Of a stretch of 64,000 nt of DNA, positions 1-14,271 are shown piece by piece. The stretch is from Tubiluchus corallicola. Lineage: Eukaryota; Animalia; Priapulida. The notes beneath the pieces were generated by a model. It was not told the DNA's origin and did no database searches. It saw only the letters and a list, made by a program, of their open reading frames with translations. The stretch lies in assembly GCA_030141605.1 (NCBI GenBank), contig JAQGDQ010000108.1, positions 62,001 to 126,000 of the forward strand, given 5' to 3'. Numbering within the stretch: the stretch's first letter is position 1; every line of letters starts with the position of its first letter. The translations under genes were made by a program, and so were the position numbers.

Positions 1-934
1 TCTACTAGGATAATAAACGTGCATGCGAGCAAAATGTGCGGGATATCGGGATTGTTTTTCCCGCGCTTCCTGTTTAACGGTAAAGAGTTAATCCGCCCTG
101 GATTAAAAGTTAAATCTCTTACCCACCGCATTGCTATAATACAGCCACTGTGCCTGCACGTTTTACTTGATTTATCTTACGCAATAAAACTTTTTGTGAT
201 GACGAAAATTTTTATAGTTTAAAGCTATGTTAGTAATCTGGCTGCTTTACCCGAATTTGTATTCTGGTTTTTTAACCTTTTATGATGATGAAAAATTTTA
301 TAGTGTAATTTAAAACTATGTTAGTAATATGATTACTTTACCCGACTTATATTTTGGTGTTTTTATGTTATGCACACGTTTAATCTCTATTTTAATTTAA
401 TTACGAAAGGCTCTAATTTTAAACCAGAAAGTCGCCTACCACGTTAGTCAAGATTACGCCTGACACTAGTCTTTGTTTGTGAAGGCGCTAACCCTTTCCA
501 TTCGTTTGAGTCTATACTGGGTTCAAGTCATCCACAGTGTTTAATTTTTTTGACCTGCAATTTTTATGTTGGTTACTAAGACTCGTAGACCAGTTTCCCT
601 CAAGCCGCTGAGGTTTGTTAACGAATGAGCATTCGTATAACAGTAGTGTCACTTCACACAGGACGCCTGGAAAGTTTATTTAACGAAAGTTAATTCATGG
701 TGGCACAGATGAAATTGTAGTTGATTAATTAGATAATCACATGCCTGCACCTTGCCATTAATTCATGTTAACCCCTAATATTTTTTACGTAGGAAACGTA
801 ATGTTATTTGTCTAAGGATGTTTTTACTCTGAGGCACAGTTTTCGACTTAAGATTTACTTAGTGCAGGCGTTTTTAGGGCAATCTGAATTTTACTGGGCT
901 TGTTTTACTATTTCAATGTTTTTTTTTATTTCAG

Positions 935-3900
935 GGTCACGTTGTATCAGCATTTGAACAGAGCTTATCCAATATGACCACACGATTACAACAACTGACA
1001 ATGACTGCAGAGATAAAGGTAATGTTACTATTTTTCCTTTGTGAAATTGTCATATCTTCTAACTACTTTTGTTTTTCTGCCTTCTGGCATAATTGTTTGC
1101 AATTACCAATAGCAACGCCAATCCTGTGTATCTCTGCCTGAATAATAGATTTTATATTACATTTAGTACTTTCCGTGTGTATGTGTGATAGTTGGGATTT
1201 ACGTTTTTCTCACCTTTTACCATTAAAAACATATATTCTGCAGCTACATGCGTCTCTTACTGTCAGCAAATTGTTTTCTGTCGTGTAGAAACACGATTTT
1301 ACAGTAATCACAAAAAGTGCGTGCATCCAAATCTATTTTAAGATGGTTTCAAAACTTTGATTTTGTGCTATTGCCTCAATGTAATCTGGGAGCTTCTTTA
1401 GATTTTCCTTAGGAGTTTTTAGAAAAACATATAAGTATATTTTGCTTATTTGTATGGGCTAATATGTTTGATGAGTTCCTGTGGGCTTGCATGGTTTGTA
1501 TAATCTTGTGTTCTGTCCTGCATAAAGCAGAGTTCTAACCCCCAGGCTATTTGGGGAGGAGGGGTGTGGAATGTTTGAGCATCCCTTCTCTTCACATGTT
1601 TCATTAGTGTGGTTGAATCCTGAGCTTATTTTGAAAATGTTTTGAAAACATTTGTGGCATTTTGATGCCAAGAGAACAGAAACATTCAAACTGTGACTTT
1701 CTTGTTCCCGGCTAAGCTGCCTAAATGATATGCAAATAATAGAAGCTCTGCGTGCTCAGCAAAATTGGTCAGCTAAGAAAAAAGTCAAATAATAATTTGC
1801 AAGGTTAGAAAATGCCTCTGCACTTACAAAGTTTCTTGCAATAAGTTGCACAACAAAAAGAAATGTGTCTTTTTTTACTGCCTTTTTTAACTGTTTTTTA
1901 ACTTTTTATTACTGTCTTTTTAGTACAAATTGTACACTTGGTCTTTCATGCTTTGTATTTGTATCATTTTTGTAACCAGAGGTCAGTTTCATAGCAGTGT
2001 AGAATGTCCAAAGGTTGTAAAATAAATATGTTTAAACTAACAAAAAGAAATATAATTTTTTTTTTTAGATTTTGGGGTTTTGCTTGTGAAATGTCGGAAT
2101 CATACTTACAGAAATTAATTTTCTTTTTATTACATAGGACTGTGAATTGAACAAACTACGGCGCACTATCGAAGAGCTGAAGCGCAATTCCAACTCGTCA
2201 GGAGGTGAAGATTTTTCTCGAAGAAGTACTAATCCTGACTGTAAGTATACACGTTTGCACTTCTTGTATTGATCCCCTTCCATGCACCAAAACTGTTCGA
2301 GATTTGTAATTTTGTTTTAATTCTGAAAATATTTCCATTCTGTTTGCTGTTTTGCTTCACAAAATGTGATTTATATTTCGCATTTTTGCTGACAGGTTTT
2401 ATTTGACTGCTACTGAATTAATCTCATAAGCTTTGTTGCAATGTAATTTATTTATGTTGTGTAGGCATGTCAGAAGGGAGGATGAGCAGGCAACGGTCAG
2501 TGGACAGTGTTCACAGTATTTCTAGTGCTTGTAGTAACAGCAGCCATCAGTCAGAATCAGATAGTAATAAGTCGAAAAAGAAGAAGAACTGGGTGAGTTT
2601 TTCATTAGCAGCACTAGGGATTTTTAATAAACAGCTAAAAATTTTAACTTTATGTAGTATCGCAAATTTGGGAATTAAATTTTATTTCTTAAAGTTTTAG
2701 TCTTTTCAGTACGGTCCTTATGAATCTTGATGAATTCTGCAAACAATTTGCATCAAAATTAGCTTTCGTTTGAAGGTAATCTTACAATGCACTAATTTAA
2801 TTTCAGTTACGGAGTTCATTTAACAAAGTCGTCAGCAGAAGTAGAAGTAAAAGCAAGACACGAAATGGTTCTTCTTCCGACGTTGAAGGCGACACCCACA
2901 GCATTTCTAGTAACCGCTCCGTTCCAAATTCTCCATTGCTCAGCAGTGACAAAACACTTAAGCTGTCTCAGTCATCTTCTGCGTAAGTTTTGTTTTGTTA
3001 ATATTTATTTAATAAACATTTGTACATTCTTGTATTATCTATCTTAATTTTGTATTTAACTACTATGTTGTATTTTCTTCGTTCAGTTTGTTTGATCCAA
3101 ATGATGGTGAAGATGTTCGAGATCTGAAGAAGCAGTTACGGGATAAAGAAATGAAGTTGACAGACATCCGTCTAGAAGCACTTTCATCGGCCCACCAGTT
3201 AGAGCAGCTCCGCGAGCAAGTTCACAAGATGAGAGTAAGTTATCAGTTAGATTGTACATTTACACTTGGATTGAAATATATTGCCAAAAACAAGATTACA
3301 AATTTACTGCAAGATAGCTTGCTGTCACGAATTAGTTCCATACTGTGAACCATCGAACGCACTTGTTTGCACTTGCATTTCTGGTGATACCTACTTTTCA
3401 GAAACAACAGAGTAACCAATTCCAAGAAAATCGTATATTCTGGGCTAAACAAACTACTAAATTTACAAACAAATAAAATAATTAATATTACTGTGAAGGC
3501 ATTTGAGCTGGTTCAAAAGACTGATACTTGTTCAATGTTTCTCGCACTTTCGTTAAAATAATTACAGCCAAGCCTTCATGTATTTTGTGTATTTCATGTA
3601 TTTTATATGAATATGCATTTTTTCTACTGCTGCTTTTCAAATAAATGAGATTTTATTTAATTTCGCAATTCCAGTTTATTTTATTAAAATGCAAGTTGAG
3701 GAAAAAAAATTTTTTATTTAGGAGGAGATGAAATCTTTACGGTCTCAGAACGAAGAGCTAGTAAAAACATCTAGTAGACCTAGTTCCATGTCCGGCTCAC
3801 AGGTGTCTCTTGGCAAACGCAGCAGTGCTGATTCGACTGATCATCCGCTTAGTTTGTCTGATGTTGGGTCAAACCATGGTGGTAGTTTAGGTAACTATTG

Positions 3901-6900
3901 TTAACTCTTTAAAAGTGGAATATTATCAAGTTAAATGTAATTATTGCATTGATGTATTGGTATAAATAATTATTTAAGTGAACAATGTTTCGCTTAACAG
4001 AATTAATGTGTTTCTTTTTTATTGTAGATATGTTATTGTGTGATGGTGGCAGCACTGAGCAAAAGGAGGGAAGGAGAATAACCGTTTCCGTCTGTCTTTT
4101 TCCACAAGGCAATTTTGCTGAGTGGCAAAAGAGCGGGTCTAAATCAGAGTCATTGATTGGTGCTATATTTGTGAGTGGCAAAACAAAATGGGACATTTTA
4201 GATGTTGCTGTTAGAAAACTGTTTAAGGTACACTAATTTTTTTGTCTATATATTTTACATTTTGTATATATAAAGTTATTGTTTTGCTGTATTTACCTAT
4301 CTTGTTGTATATTTAAAAAAAGCTAAGCTTAACTGTGTTGTAAGAAAAGTAAAAACCTTCTCAAATTCATGATTATTCTATTTAAAAAACATTTTATTAA
4401 GGTGACCACTTCATTTTGAAATTTGTGCCAGTTCCTCTGATTGTTTGCACTAGTGTTGACGAATATGCTCATCTGTTTGCTTGCATGTGAAAACAACGTG
4501 AAAACAAGTTCTATTAATGTTTGTCCAATCGCCAATCAAATGCCACTAAGGCGACTGAGCCTATGAAATTTCGATGTGTACATCATTTTTGTGGTTTTTC
4601 ATGTCGTACAACCATTCGAAATTACCACTGGATTTGGTTTTTGATTTAATACGGGTATAAATTAAAATAGGGAACATTGCAAGACTTGTTTCAAGAATGG
4701 CTGTATTTTGTTGTAAATGGAGTTACTGTTGTCGTGAACGTATGTTTGTTTATCATTAGGAATATGTGCTGAGGGTCGATCCTGTTGCTAATCTTGGCCT
4801 CACCACCGATAGCATACATTGCTACAATATAGGTGAAGTGAGTCGTTGTCGAGATACAGATATGCCTGAGCTGTTGCCCTGTGGATATCTCGTAGGAGAA
4901 AATATGCAAATACAAATAACACTCAAAGGTCAGTCACCAACTCAAGTTTTTCTGGTTGTCTATTATGGCTTGTTCTATGTTTATTGAGAATGCAACAAAA
5001 TTCTAAAAAGTAAGCTAACTAGCGATTTTATTAAGAACATGCTTTCTTTTTCAGGAACAGAGCAACAGTGTGTAGATGCTTTGGCATGCGAAACACTCAT
5101 ACCTAAGTCTATCGTACAGCGTTACATATCGCTCTTAATGGAGCACAGACGGATCATCTTATGTGGACCCAGCGGAACCGGCAAAAGCTATCTTGCTCAG
5201 AAACTTGCAGAGTTTCTTGTGTTAAAGTATGTTTAGGACATTGACAGATTTTGGACTAACCAAAACAGTATTTTGTCTAGTTTAGATTGCCAAATTATTT
5301 TTGTTTCCAAGTTGCTTAATTGACTCTGTTATCATATTGTTTTGGTCTCGCTTACTTAAGACAGACTTACCATTCAAGACTGCCTTGCTTACTTTGAATT
5401 GCTGTTGATAAACATCAGGCAATATTTGATCGATCCTGCTTTACTTTGGTTGCTCATATTACACAGGCAATATGCAGCTGAATGGATATTATGGCGGCTA
5501 TTTGTGAGTTGAGACTCATTCAGTCTTAAGTTTGGTGATTAAAACAGCTTATTCCTGCAATGTTTGTCTTCTTTTCTGCAGATGGTGCCAATTTTAAAGT
5601 TGAACATAAATTAGCCTTTAACTATAATATCTACATTACAGGTCTGGCCGAGTTCTAAAGCAAGGCGTCATAGCAACATTTAGCGTGGACAATAAATCCA
5701 GTAAAGAATTACGCCAGTACTTGTCCAGTATTGCTGACCAGTGTGAGGAAGCTGAGAATGCCGGCCTGCCAAGTGTGATTATTTTGGACAATCTGCACCA
5801 CGTTGGCTCTTTGGGCGAGGTAGGCCTCGATCACTTCTATAACGTGCACTTGGCTATGTTTAAACTTTAGTCTGCTTGCTTTCATTTGTTTACATTATGC
5901 TTTTCAATTGATAGTACCTTTATATTGCTTTCATTTTCTATTTATAGGTGTTCAATGGCTTTCTCAACTGCAAATATCAAAATTGCCCGTACATTATTGG
6001 TACAATGAACCAGGCAACATGTTCAACAACTAATCTGCAGCTTCATCATAATTTTAGGTGAGGTCCAAGTTTTATATGCAGTTTTTTATGGTCACCAGAA
6101 GTTTATATGTGCCTGAAATATGTAAGTGAATTGAACAAGCAAATAAAGTTAATCATTTGATGAATGTTTTTGTGTAAACTGCCTAGACATGCCAGTTATA
6201 CATTACAAGACAGATAGTACTGTTTTTCAAAACTGTAGTACAAAATTATGCTGTTATAGTATAACAGACAAATTTGGAAACTTCTTATTTTACTTTTTCA
6301 TGTATTTTTATTTAAGGTAATTAATCACTGTAATTTTACACTCTCAAAATTGTTTGTTTTGTTGATGAGAACAATTTGTTATTTTTGTTGTCGCTTTCAA
6401 TAATTATTATTAATAGAGTTATTGCTTATTACTGTTTAGCCACATGCGTTAAAGCTTGTAGTTGGAAACACTAAAACCTTCTCATGTAACTATGTCACAT
6501 TATTACACGTGGCATTAATGCTTGTGAAAGGTAGTGAAAAGGGTTTTATAACTCATATCCATTTGTGTGAAACTTGACACGAATCCTATATTTTAAATTA
6601 CATAGTTTTACGACATGGAATATGCAAAACCTGTTTCACAAAACGCACAGAGCGCATACTGTAATAAGCATTTTCATTTCATTTACCGTATCGGGCTGTT
6701 TGCTGTTGCAGATGGGTGTTGTGCGCCAATCACATGGAGCCTGTAAAGGGTTTTCTTGGTCGCTACTTGCAGCGACGTCTGGTGGAAGTAGAGATAAGCT
6801 CAAACTCTGTAAATGAAGGAATGGTGAAGATTGCTGCCTGGCTTCCTAAAGTTTGGATACATCTTAACAAGTTTCTAGAAACACATAGTTCATCAGATGT

Positions 6901-8310
6901 TACCATCGGTGAGAAAAATTTCAACTACACATACAGTTAGTTTCATCTGTACCTATAAAAATACAGAACTTGATGTTACACATTGTCATTATTTGAAAAT
7001 GATGAATTATTGACTAAATGAACTTGCAGTTAATAATAATTATTTAACAAACCCGCAGTTACTAACAGCTGTTGCAGTTATAGTTTTAGTAATTGTGATT
7101 TCCTGTATTAATAGAAAATATCGTCCATGTCAGCTAATGTTACCTAGCTTTTTAAATGCATGATTTTTTTAATAGGACCTCGATTGTTTCTTTCGTGTCC
7201 AATGGATGTCGCTGGCTCACAAGTTTGGTTTACTGATTTATGGAATTACTCTATAGTGCCCTATTTGCTTGAAGCAGTGAAAGAAGGACTGCAGGTAGGC
7301 ACCTCGTTAACAGGGGTCACTGTTTGTTTCCATATAAAAATGTTTATTCAAATTTTGCAGGAATTTCACTTTACTTCAATCACTATAGTGCGAAATTTGT
7401 GTACAATGATTTTTGCGTGGTATTGCATTTATAATCATTGTTACTCTAATACGTAAATTTTTTTGTTTCAAGTTGTATGGACGACGTGCACCATGGGAAG
7501 ATCCTACTGAATGGGTTCGGAAATCGTATCCATGGGTGAACATCAACAACGACCCAGATTGGCCAAGTTTGCTTAGACTCCGGCCTGAGGATGTAGGATT
7601 TGATGGAACCAATCAAGGAGTTGGGACCAGCAAGACTGCACCGGGGACCATGAGTGACGTTGAAGCTGACCCTCTGGTATTCATGCTTTAACTTCTTTTG
7701 CTTCCCGTTTTGCATGCGTGTTTTGCTAATGAATATGTAGCTTAATGTTCAACAGATGGAAGGAGGTCTTTATCATGTGAGTCAGAATGTTAGTCCAATG
7801 TTAGTTTAGTCAATTTTCTCAAAGAACTTCAATGTTGATGGATTTTAACCACAAACTGAATGGTACACTGCACCAACATGGCATGGACTGTATGGGAATA
7901 TCAATTGTATGTCATTATTTCATTTGTAGAATATTATTTACATAATTTATAATTAAAGAATCGGTATCAAAGTCAAAATTGAAAGGTTGAGCTTTGAATC
8001 TGGCACTTCTTCACTTTTGTCCTCTTGTTAAGTCTTTCAGAAATTTAGCCATGATTGTACATGAACCTCAGGCAATAATTTGCACACCACACAGTTGAAA
8101 TCACTGTGACAATTTTCACTTTTGCGTATTTTTATATATATGAGCTTACTGCTTTCGCGTTTTTTTTATATATTTCCGATTTTGTTATAGTTGAACATGT
8201 TGATGAGACTCCAAGAAGCGGCCAGCTACTCCAGTCCGCAAAGTCAAGACAGTGATTCTGTTAGCCTGGACAGCCACAGTAGTGGCATCCACGATAGCGA
8301 GCATGCTTAA
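935..8310 (+). CDS. NAV2: Neuron navigator / UNC-53 family protein (C-terminal half: coiled coils and AAA+ ATPase); 5' exons lie upstream of the window
   Basis: Phase-consistent GT-AG exons: 935-1018, 2138-2240, 2465-2592, 2807-2982, 3087-3234, 3722-3890, 4028-4227, 4760-4928, 5055-5226, 5642-5819, 5948-6057, 6712-6908, 7176-7294, 7473-7676, 8191-8310 (TAA). Translation gives navigator signatures: VSAFEQSLSNMTTRLQQLTMTAE, KKKKNWLRSSF, LRDKEMKLTDIRLEALSSAHQLEQLRE, Walker A ILCGPSGTGKS, IILDNLHH, LQLHHNFRWVLCANHMEPVKGFLGRYL, WFTDLWNYSIVPYLLEAV, DPLLNMLMRLQEAA. Symbol means closest family member; invertebrates usually have a single navigator gene. Confidence 0.95.
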
Positions 8311-9850
8311 AGCTCCTCGATGAGCTAGCCAAATCGAAATTTCTGAGATGTTGGGATCATCTTCTGGTCTTCTCAAATATATCGAATGGGCATTTGAGAA
8401 TGTATCAGAGCAGGTAGTTTCAAGGTGATCGGGAGCAAAATGTCACTCGTTCTTGTATGTCGAACTGAGGTGGTTCCACAGTTGGTCTTTTGTGCGGATT
8501 TCACCTATTTAAACATTTACCATCTACATTTGCTGCAATGTAACAGTGGAGTGAGTTACCAACAATTACTGATCAAATCATTTGCTAAACAATGCAATGT
8601 ATTGAAGCACAAAAGTGCTATTTGATAATTATTTTAAGTAGTGATTTCATTGAATGATTTGACAATGCAACATTATACACTGCCGCCTATTGTTTGCTTG
8701 TATTGTATGTGCTTAAGTAGCTTTGAATCTATCGCATATGTTTGTAATTTTGCCATTGACTTACTGCCCACAATGTGTTTAGCTGATAGTGTTTTTTGTA
8801 TACTGATTGGCTACTTGTTTTGTTAGTTATTTATATTGATGTGCTGCAAGGTACGTTTTTGGCACCAGTATTTGCATTAATTATTAATGCTTTTTTAATA
8901 ATGTACAAAGTTATTTAATACTGTGCGTGACGATTCTTGTGAAGTAGGTAGATTAAGTTTTGTACAAAATTTGCATTTTCTAGTTTTTGTTATATCGTAT
9001 AATTTATTAATTACAAAGCGCTGGGCCGGCTATTTTTGCCCGTAAGTATTTATCATATTGTGTTAATTACGGTGATTTTACATGTTTTAAGTTTGACACA
9101 TTTTTTCTGTTTAGTTGTATAGAAGGTTGCATTATGTGTTTTGTTACATAGCTGATGTTATGTTTCTGCACACCTGTCGGTTAATGTTAACTAATCGGAG
9201 CAAGTGTTAAGCTGGAGTTCAGAGCAATAACGATATGTTCATAGAAAAGCTTCCACTGAAACAGCTAGTGGTTTGTCATAGAGCTAGGATTGACAAAACT
9301 AAGCAAAGTAATATTAAAAATAAAAGTTATTATATTTTACTAACTTTCTAGTCCAGAGACTGTCTATGATGACTATTTTGTTATGTAAACAATTACATAG
9401 TATTCCTGGTTAATTTAATGTTGTGTTCCTATAGAGCAGCTAATATTGTAGTGTAGGTAGAATAATTGTGCCTTGCCTAAAATAGGATTGTTATAGTTGT
9501 GTATTACTGTAATGTGCTTGGCGTGCATACCTAATTTGTTACATAATTATTACTCATGTTTTACCTGTGAAGAATTTTAATGAAAACTGTTTAGTGGCAA
9601 ATAACTTTGCCAGTTTTGTGTTCAAGAGTACAGGAATAAGTGTGAAGTGTGTTGTTTGCGTACATAATTATTATAATCATGTTTTCACACATAGAAACTG
9701 AATGTATGCAGTAGATAGTGTTGTGACGCTGTGCCCATATAATTTTGAAATTTTTATCTACTTTTATATTGTAAATAAGTATATGTTATGTACATGTACC
9801 GTCAAAACACTTCTACTCGATTCATTTGTAAATAAATTTTCAATGTAAAA
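8311..9850 (+). other. Probable 3' UTR of navigator gene with polyadenylation signal
   Basis: T-rich, repeat-free stretch after the stop codon; TGTA followed by AATAAA at about 9831-9836 and T/GT-rich sequence downstream. Confidence 0.5.
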
Positions 9851-10002
9851 TGTCACATTTTATGCATCTTGTGTTTTATGTGAACCGTAGTGAAGCTAGT
9901 TAACAGCATTTATAATTAAATTTAGATGATAATGACGATGATTACGATTAAGATGATGACTTTAAATTAAGAGAATAAAAATATGTAAAAAACACTACAT
10001 TG

Positions 10003-10296
10003 CAAAATATATATGCACAATGTTCAATATAATTTTAATATTATCATCTTGCCTATTAGTGTCATTGTTGTGGTACTAGTAATTTCAGTCAATGAAACAA
10101 TGATATCATTTAGATAATGAATTCCTAATCCCCAATATATTCCTAATCCCCAATATTCCGAATTCCCAATATATCAAAATATATATGCACAATGTTTAAT
10201 ATAATTTTAATATTATCATCTTGCCTATTGGTGTCATTGTTATGGTACTAGTAATTTCAGTCAATGAAACAATGATATCATTTAGGTAATGAATTC
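10003..10296. repeat. ~122-bp direct duplication separated by micro-duplicated spacer
   Basis: 10003-10124 is near-identical to 10175-10296; the spacer is made of three copies or variants of ttcctaatccccaatat. Confidence 0.85.
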
Positions 10297-12219
10297 AAAT
10301 GTGCAAAACATGGATTGTAAACTAACACTAATACTAAAATTTATAATCAATTAGTAAGAAATCCAGAGCAAACCAGTAAGAAATGCCCGAATACCAAATG
10401 ATTTTGATGTACTTTAACTGCAAAATTATTGCACGTCAACAGTGACATGCGTTCTGTTCATGTTAACAGTGGTTTATACCCAGATTTTGTTCTTTTTGTG
10501 CAAATTTTTGAAGTAATTTTTTATTATACGAAACCATGTCATCTTTACTTAGTTTATTAAGTTTTTATATTTTACTGGCCTTAATATTGGTTTAGTCGTC
10601 ATTTGAAAATTGATAAACTAGTAAGTGAGGCTTTTAGTTATTTGCAAGTTGCTATAGTATGTGAAATGGATACAAAACACCAGTTTAACATGTTTACCAA
10701 AAGTTTCTTTGTTCTGAAAGACAATTATTAATATTTAGCTTAACTTACATTGAATAGCAGAAAATTAGTTGCATGATTAAATGTATTGCTATAACTAAGT
10801 ACTGATATAAATATTATGTAAACTATATTGAAATTAATTAACAATAACTTACGTTGTTAGAGCCTTTAACAGTTACAAAGACAGGAATGAGAACTGCAAG
10901 TAGCCTTAAGAACAACATTGTCACAACAATAAATTCGTAAAAAATTTACAGTCATTATGCTCATCACAGACAGAAAAATAGAGCAATGGCGGGGAGAACC
11001 AAAACACGGGTAAAATGTCATACAACTACTACAGCTATAGCTCACGAAAGGCCAAAATGCTAATGTATTCAAGGATATTAGGTGCTTCTATTTTAAAAGA
11101 GTGACTACTGTAAAAGGTAAAAAGCCCACTAAATGAACAAACAGGTGGCAGTAATTGAAAACTAAATTAAACCAAAAAAGGGCCTATGCACCCGCTACAG
11201 TATGTGTTGCTATAGTTTCAGTAATATGTGACCTGGCGGAAAAATAATACGAACGCCCACTATATTGGTACCCATCTGTTATGTTAATAAGATTTTTGCG
11301 TGACACTAATTAACGTCATACGCAGACATAATTATATATTTATAACGCTGACCTAATAATCGATACACGTAACTGATAAATGTTGTCATGAGTATGTACG
11401 TAAGTGACCAGGAGATTCACGTCACAAAAGTGATTCGGCTGAGCTACCGGATTTATTCACATTGCGATGAGCAGGCGCAGCCAATGACCAATTCATGCGT
11501 AATTTTCCACATGTGGCTCTCGCCTTCGGGCTTTATAATGCGAATGTTTGTGTGTGACCATCAGTAGTTACAACAAACTTGTATAAAACACCAGCAGAAT
11601 AGCAAATTTAGCGTAATATTAACAGTACACTTGTACTTTATCCATTACTGCATTCTATTATTTTAACTAAGTAATATATAAACAATTATTGCAGTTTCTA
11701 CATGATTTGTAATACAAAGTATATTTTAAGTGTCTAGTGATGAAAAGAAAATTAATTGATTTGGTGTCCATATGTTGTATAGAGCTATGCCTAATGTCAG
11801 TCGTGAATTCCACATCGTACGGTAAGTTGATTATTTTCTCACTAAATTATATTATTAGATAAGTATTCCTTATTACATATCCTCTCATAAGACCATAATT
11901 ACATACCACGTGATATATCAAGTAAGTTAAAACGGAAATTTTTCATTAAAGCAACAAAAAATGTATACTGATGATCATTACAAACAATAATAGTGGAAGT
12001 TTCAGTAATATGTCTACACAAAACGGATCTGCTCCGAAACCGATATGGACCGAATCTTGAGTCCGATTTATCATTGAATTCGTAATTATAGGGTAAATCC
12101 GTAAAAACTAACTTACCCCAAAAAAAACTTTCGAAGTTGGTAACATTTTTTAAAAGATTCTCTAGTCGTTTGGATACTGCAAAACGATTTAGAAACACAA
12201 GTGTTGGCAAGATCATTGA

Positions 12220-12298
12220 ACCTTATGGTCGAGTGGTTAATGCAACGGCCTTGGGCGCATAGTCTGCTTACAACTCGAGTTCGAATCTTACGACTACG
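12220..12298 (+). pseudogene. tRNA(Ser)-derived pseudogene or SINE head
   Basis: A-box TGGTCGAGTGGTTAA, B-box GAGTTCGAATC and 3' end CGACTACG resemble eukaryotic tRNA-Ser, but the 5' acceptor strand and anticodon arm are degenerate. Confidence 0.55.
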
Positions 12299-12354
12299 TG
12301 TAACGGCACAAACTTCATACACTTAAAAATTACTTATTACTTATTAGTTATTAG

Positions 12355-13725
12355 TTAATAAAATAATATGCTGAATGCAAGTGAAAGCCACATTAAGGCA
12401 GCAAGAGTCATATTGGTTGCCAGAAACCGTGTGGCTCCTCTATTCAGCATTGCAAACACTCTCACAGGAGCACCAGAACCATCTCTGATATTCATTGGTA
12501 TGGCAAATATTGTGCTTCCTACTGGCGGCATCTGGTCCAAGTTTGTCAGAAGGTCAATAATGCCAATGCTGTGCTCTGCCTGGATCAGCTGATGAACCCT
12601 AAATGTGGGATCAGTGCCAGGATCCAATCCAACGTCAGATCCGAACAACTTGATTCGTCTATTTTCAATCAGCCATCTGACTGCTCCAACGTCAATTCCC
12701 GGAACGTGCCATATTCCTTTGTCATCCAGGCCAAAGACGACCTTCCAATCATCACCACCTCTGTGCCTACCTGCAATAAATGCTCATTGTATTATTAAGT
12801 ACTCAAACATTTAAGATAGATATGTTGAAACAAAGCGCTGAAAATTCGGTTGAGTCATTAATGGACAAAAACCATGCAATGATGGTAGAGATGTTTTTAA
12901 ACTTAAGGTCTTGCAGGCCATAGATCCACCCATCCACCATTCCACTTGCACAAGACGTTCCAATGCTTTTCGCAGGCGCTATGCGAACGTTTGTTTATAC
13001 TTTGTGTTCGAACATTATTAGAAAAACGATTGGTTGAGTTCTGTAACACGCTGATATCGCGGGAGAAGGGGCTCCTACGAAATCTAAATAGACCTGTTAC
13101 ACCTAAGACCCTTCCACGCACCTATGCACTTTCGAGCTGATATTTTAAACATACAAACTTGTCTCAAGCCACGCCAACAGATAGTGAGAAACCACACTAA
13201 AAGCTGCAGTTTTGTTGCGTTTTTTTCTCAACACATTGTTACATTTCTGAACTAACAAAACGTAAACCATTAAACCGTACCTGTATTTAAGAAAAATATG
13301 CTTCCGTCTGGTATTCTTCCGTATTCTTCTTCCCACTTATTGATGTCGTTCATTGTTGCAATATAGTCAGGATCTTCTTCCCCTTTGGCCGTTATGTCCA
13401 ACATCACCCCATTTCCAATCAGCTCGGTAAGAGGCATATCGCCAATTGTTCTCTCGCCTTCTTTGAAATGCATTGGAGCATCCAGGTGAGTTCCCGTGTG
13501 GTCAACTAGACACATCTTGTTCGTCTGATAATAAACTCCATGCTCACTTGTTTCTTTATAATGCACGCTCATGTTGAATGGTGGGTGTGAAGGAAGTGGT
13601 ATGGTTATCATGTTGTTGTGATATAGGCGTGTCAAGTCAATTATTTTTCGATGTTCATCTGCACATACTTGAACGAAAAAAAAGATTGTAATAGTTAGCA
13701 CAACGAAACAAAACCTAGCCTCCAT
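12355..13725 (-). CDS. Cyclase-family metal-dependent hydrolase (kynurenine formamidase KynB / isatin hydrolase-like), secreted and probably GPI-anchored
   Basis: Two exons, 13725-13281 and 12770-12355, joined by a phase-1 GT-AG intron (NTG|RHRG). N-terminal signal peptide MEARFCFVVLTITIFFFVQVCA; signature HTGTHLDAPMHF (HxGTHxDxPxH); WEEEYGRIPDGSIFFLNTG, HVPGI, DGSGAPVRVFA; hydrophobic C-terminal tail LAALMWLSLAFSILFY. Confidence 0.9.
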
Positions 13726-14271
13726 GGTAGGGTAGCAGAAACCAACTGCCTTTTCTTAGTAGAAAATTCTCCGAATAGTTTTAGTTTTATCCAGCGTAGC
13801 CGTCATTTACCACTAGGCCAAGGTTTGTTATTGTAAGATATGTTGCTTATACAACCGGCTTCCTAATGCAGAGCCAGTTTACACAACGTAACTCATTGTG
13901 ACACTAGTATGTTGGCGAGTTATGTGTCTTGAAGAAAACTTTCGCGAATAGCAGTAAATCACAAAATTAGAATCTGCACAAGTAATCACGATGTTTAATT
14001 TACTGAAATCTGCAGTAATTTCAAAATCAAAAAATATAAAATATCATGACCGGTCTAAACATCTAAGTCGCACTTATTCTATTGAACACTTTTTTCTTCA
14101 CTTCGGTAGCCAGTCAACAGGTTGGACTGTCAATTAGTCAGTTAGTTACTCGGTCGATCAATACTATGTGCAGTTGGGCCTTACTACAGTCAAGCGTTAT
14201 TTTAACAACCCTACCTGGCGCCACAGGGGATGTGTGCGGTAGAAGGTGTGATCATGGCGTGTGCTTAGTGA

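Noticed and set aside
1-200. Possible Helitron-like 5' end and 67-aa ORF
   Set aside because: TC start at the window edge only, with no matching 3' hairpin-CTAG identified; the ORF is in a navigator intron and has no domain.
12220-12298. Functional tRNA gene
   Set aside because: Acceptor stem cannot pair and the anticodon arm is unrecognisable; kept only as a pseudogene/SINE head.
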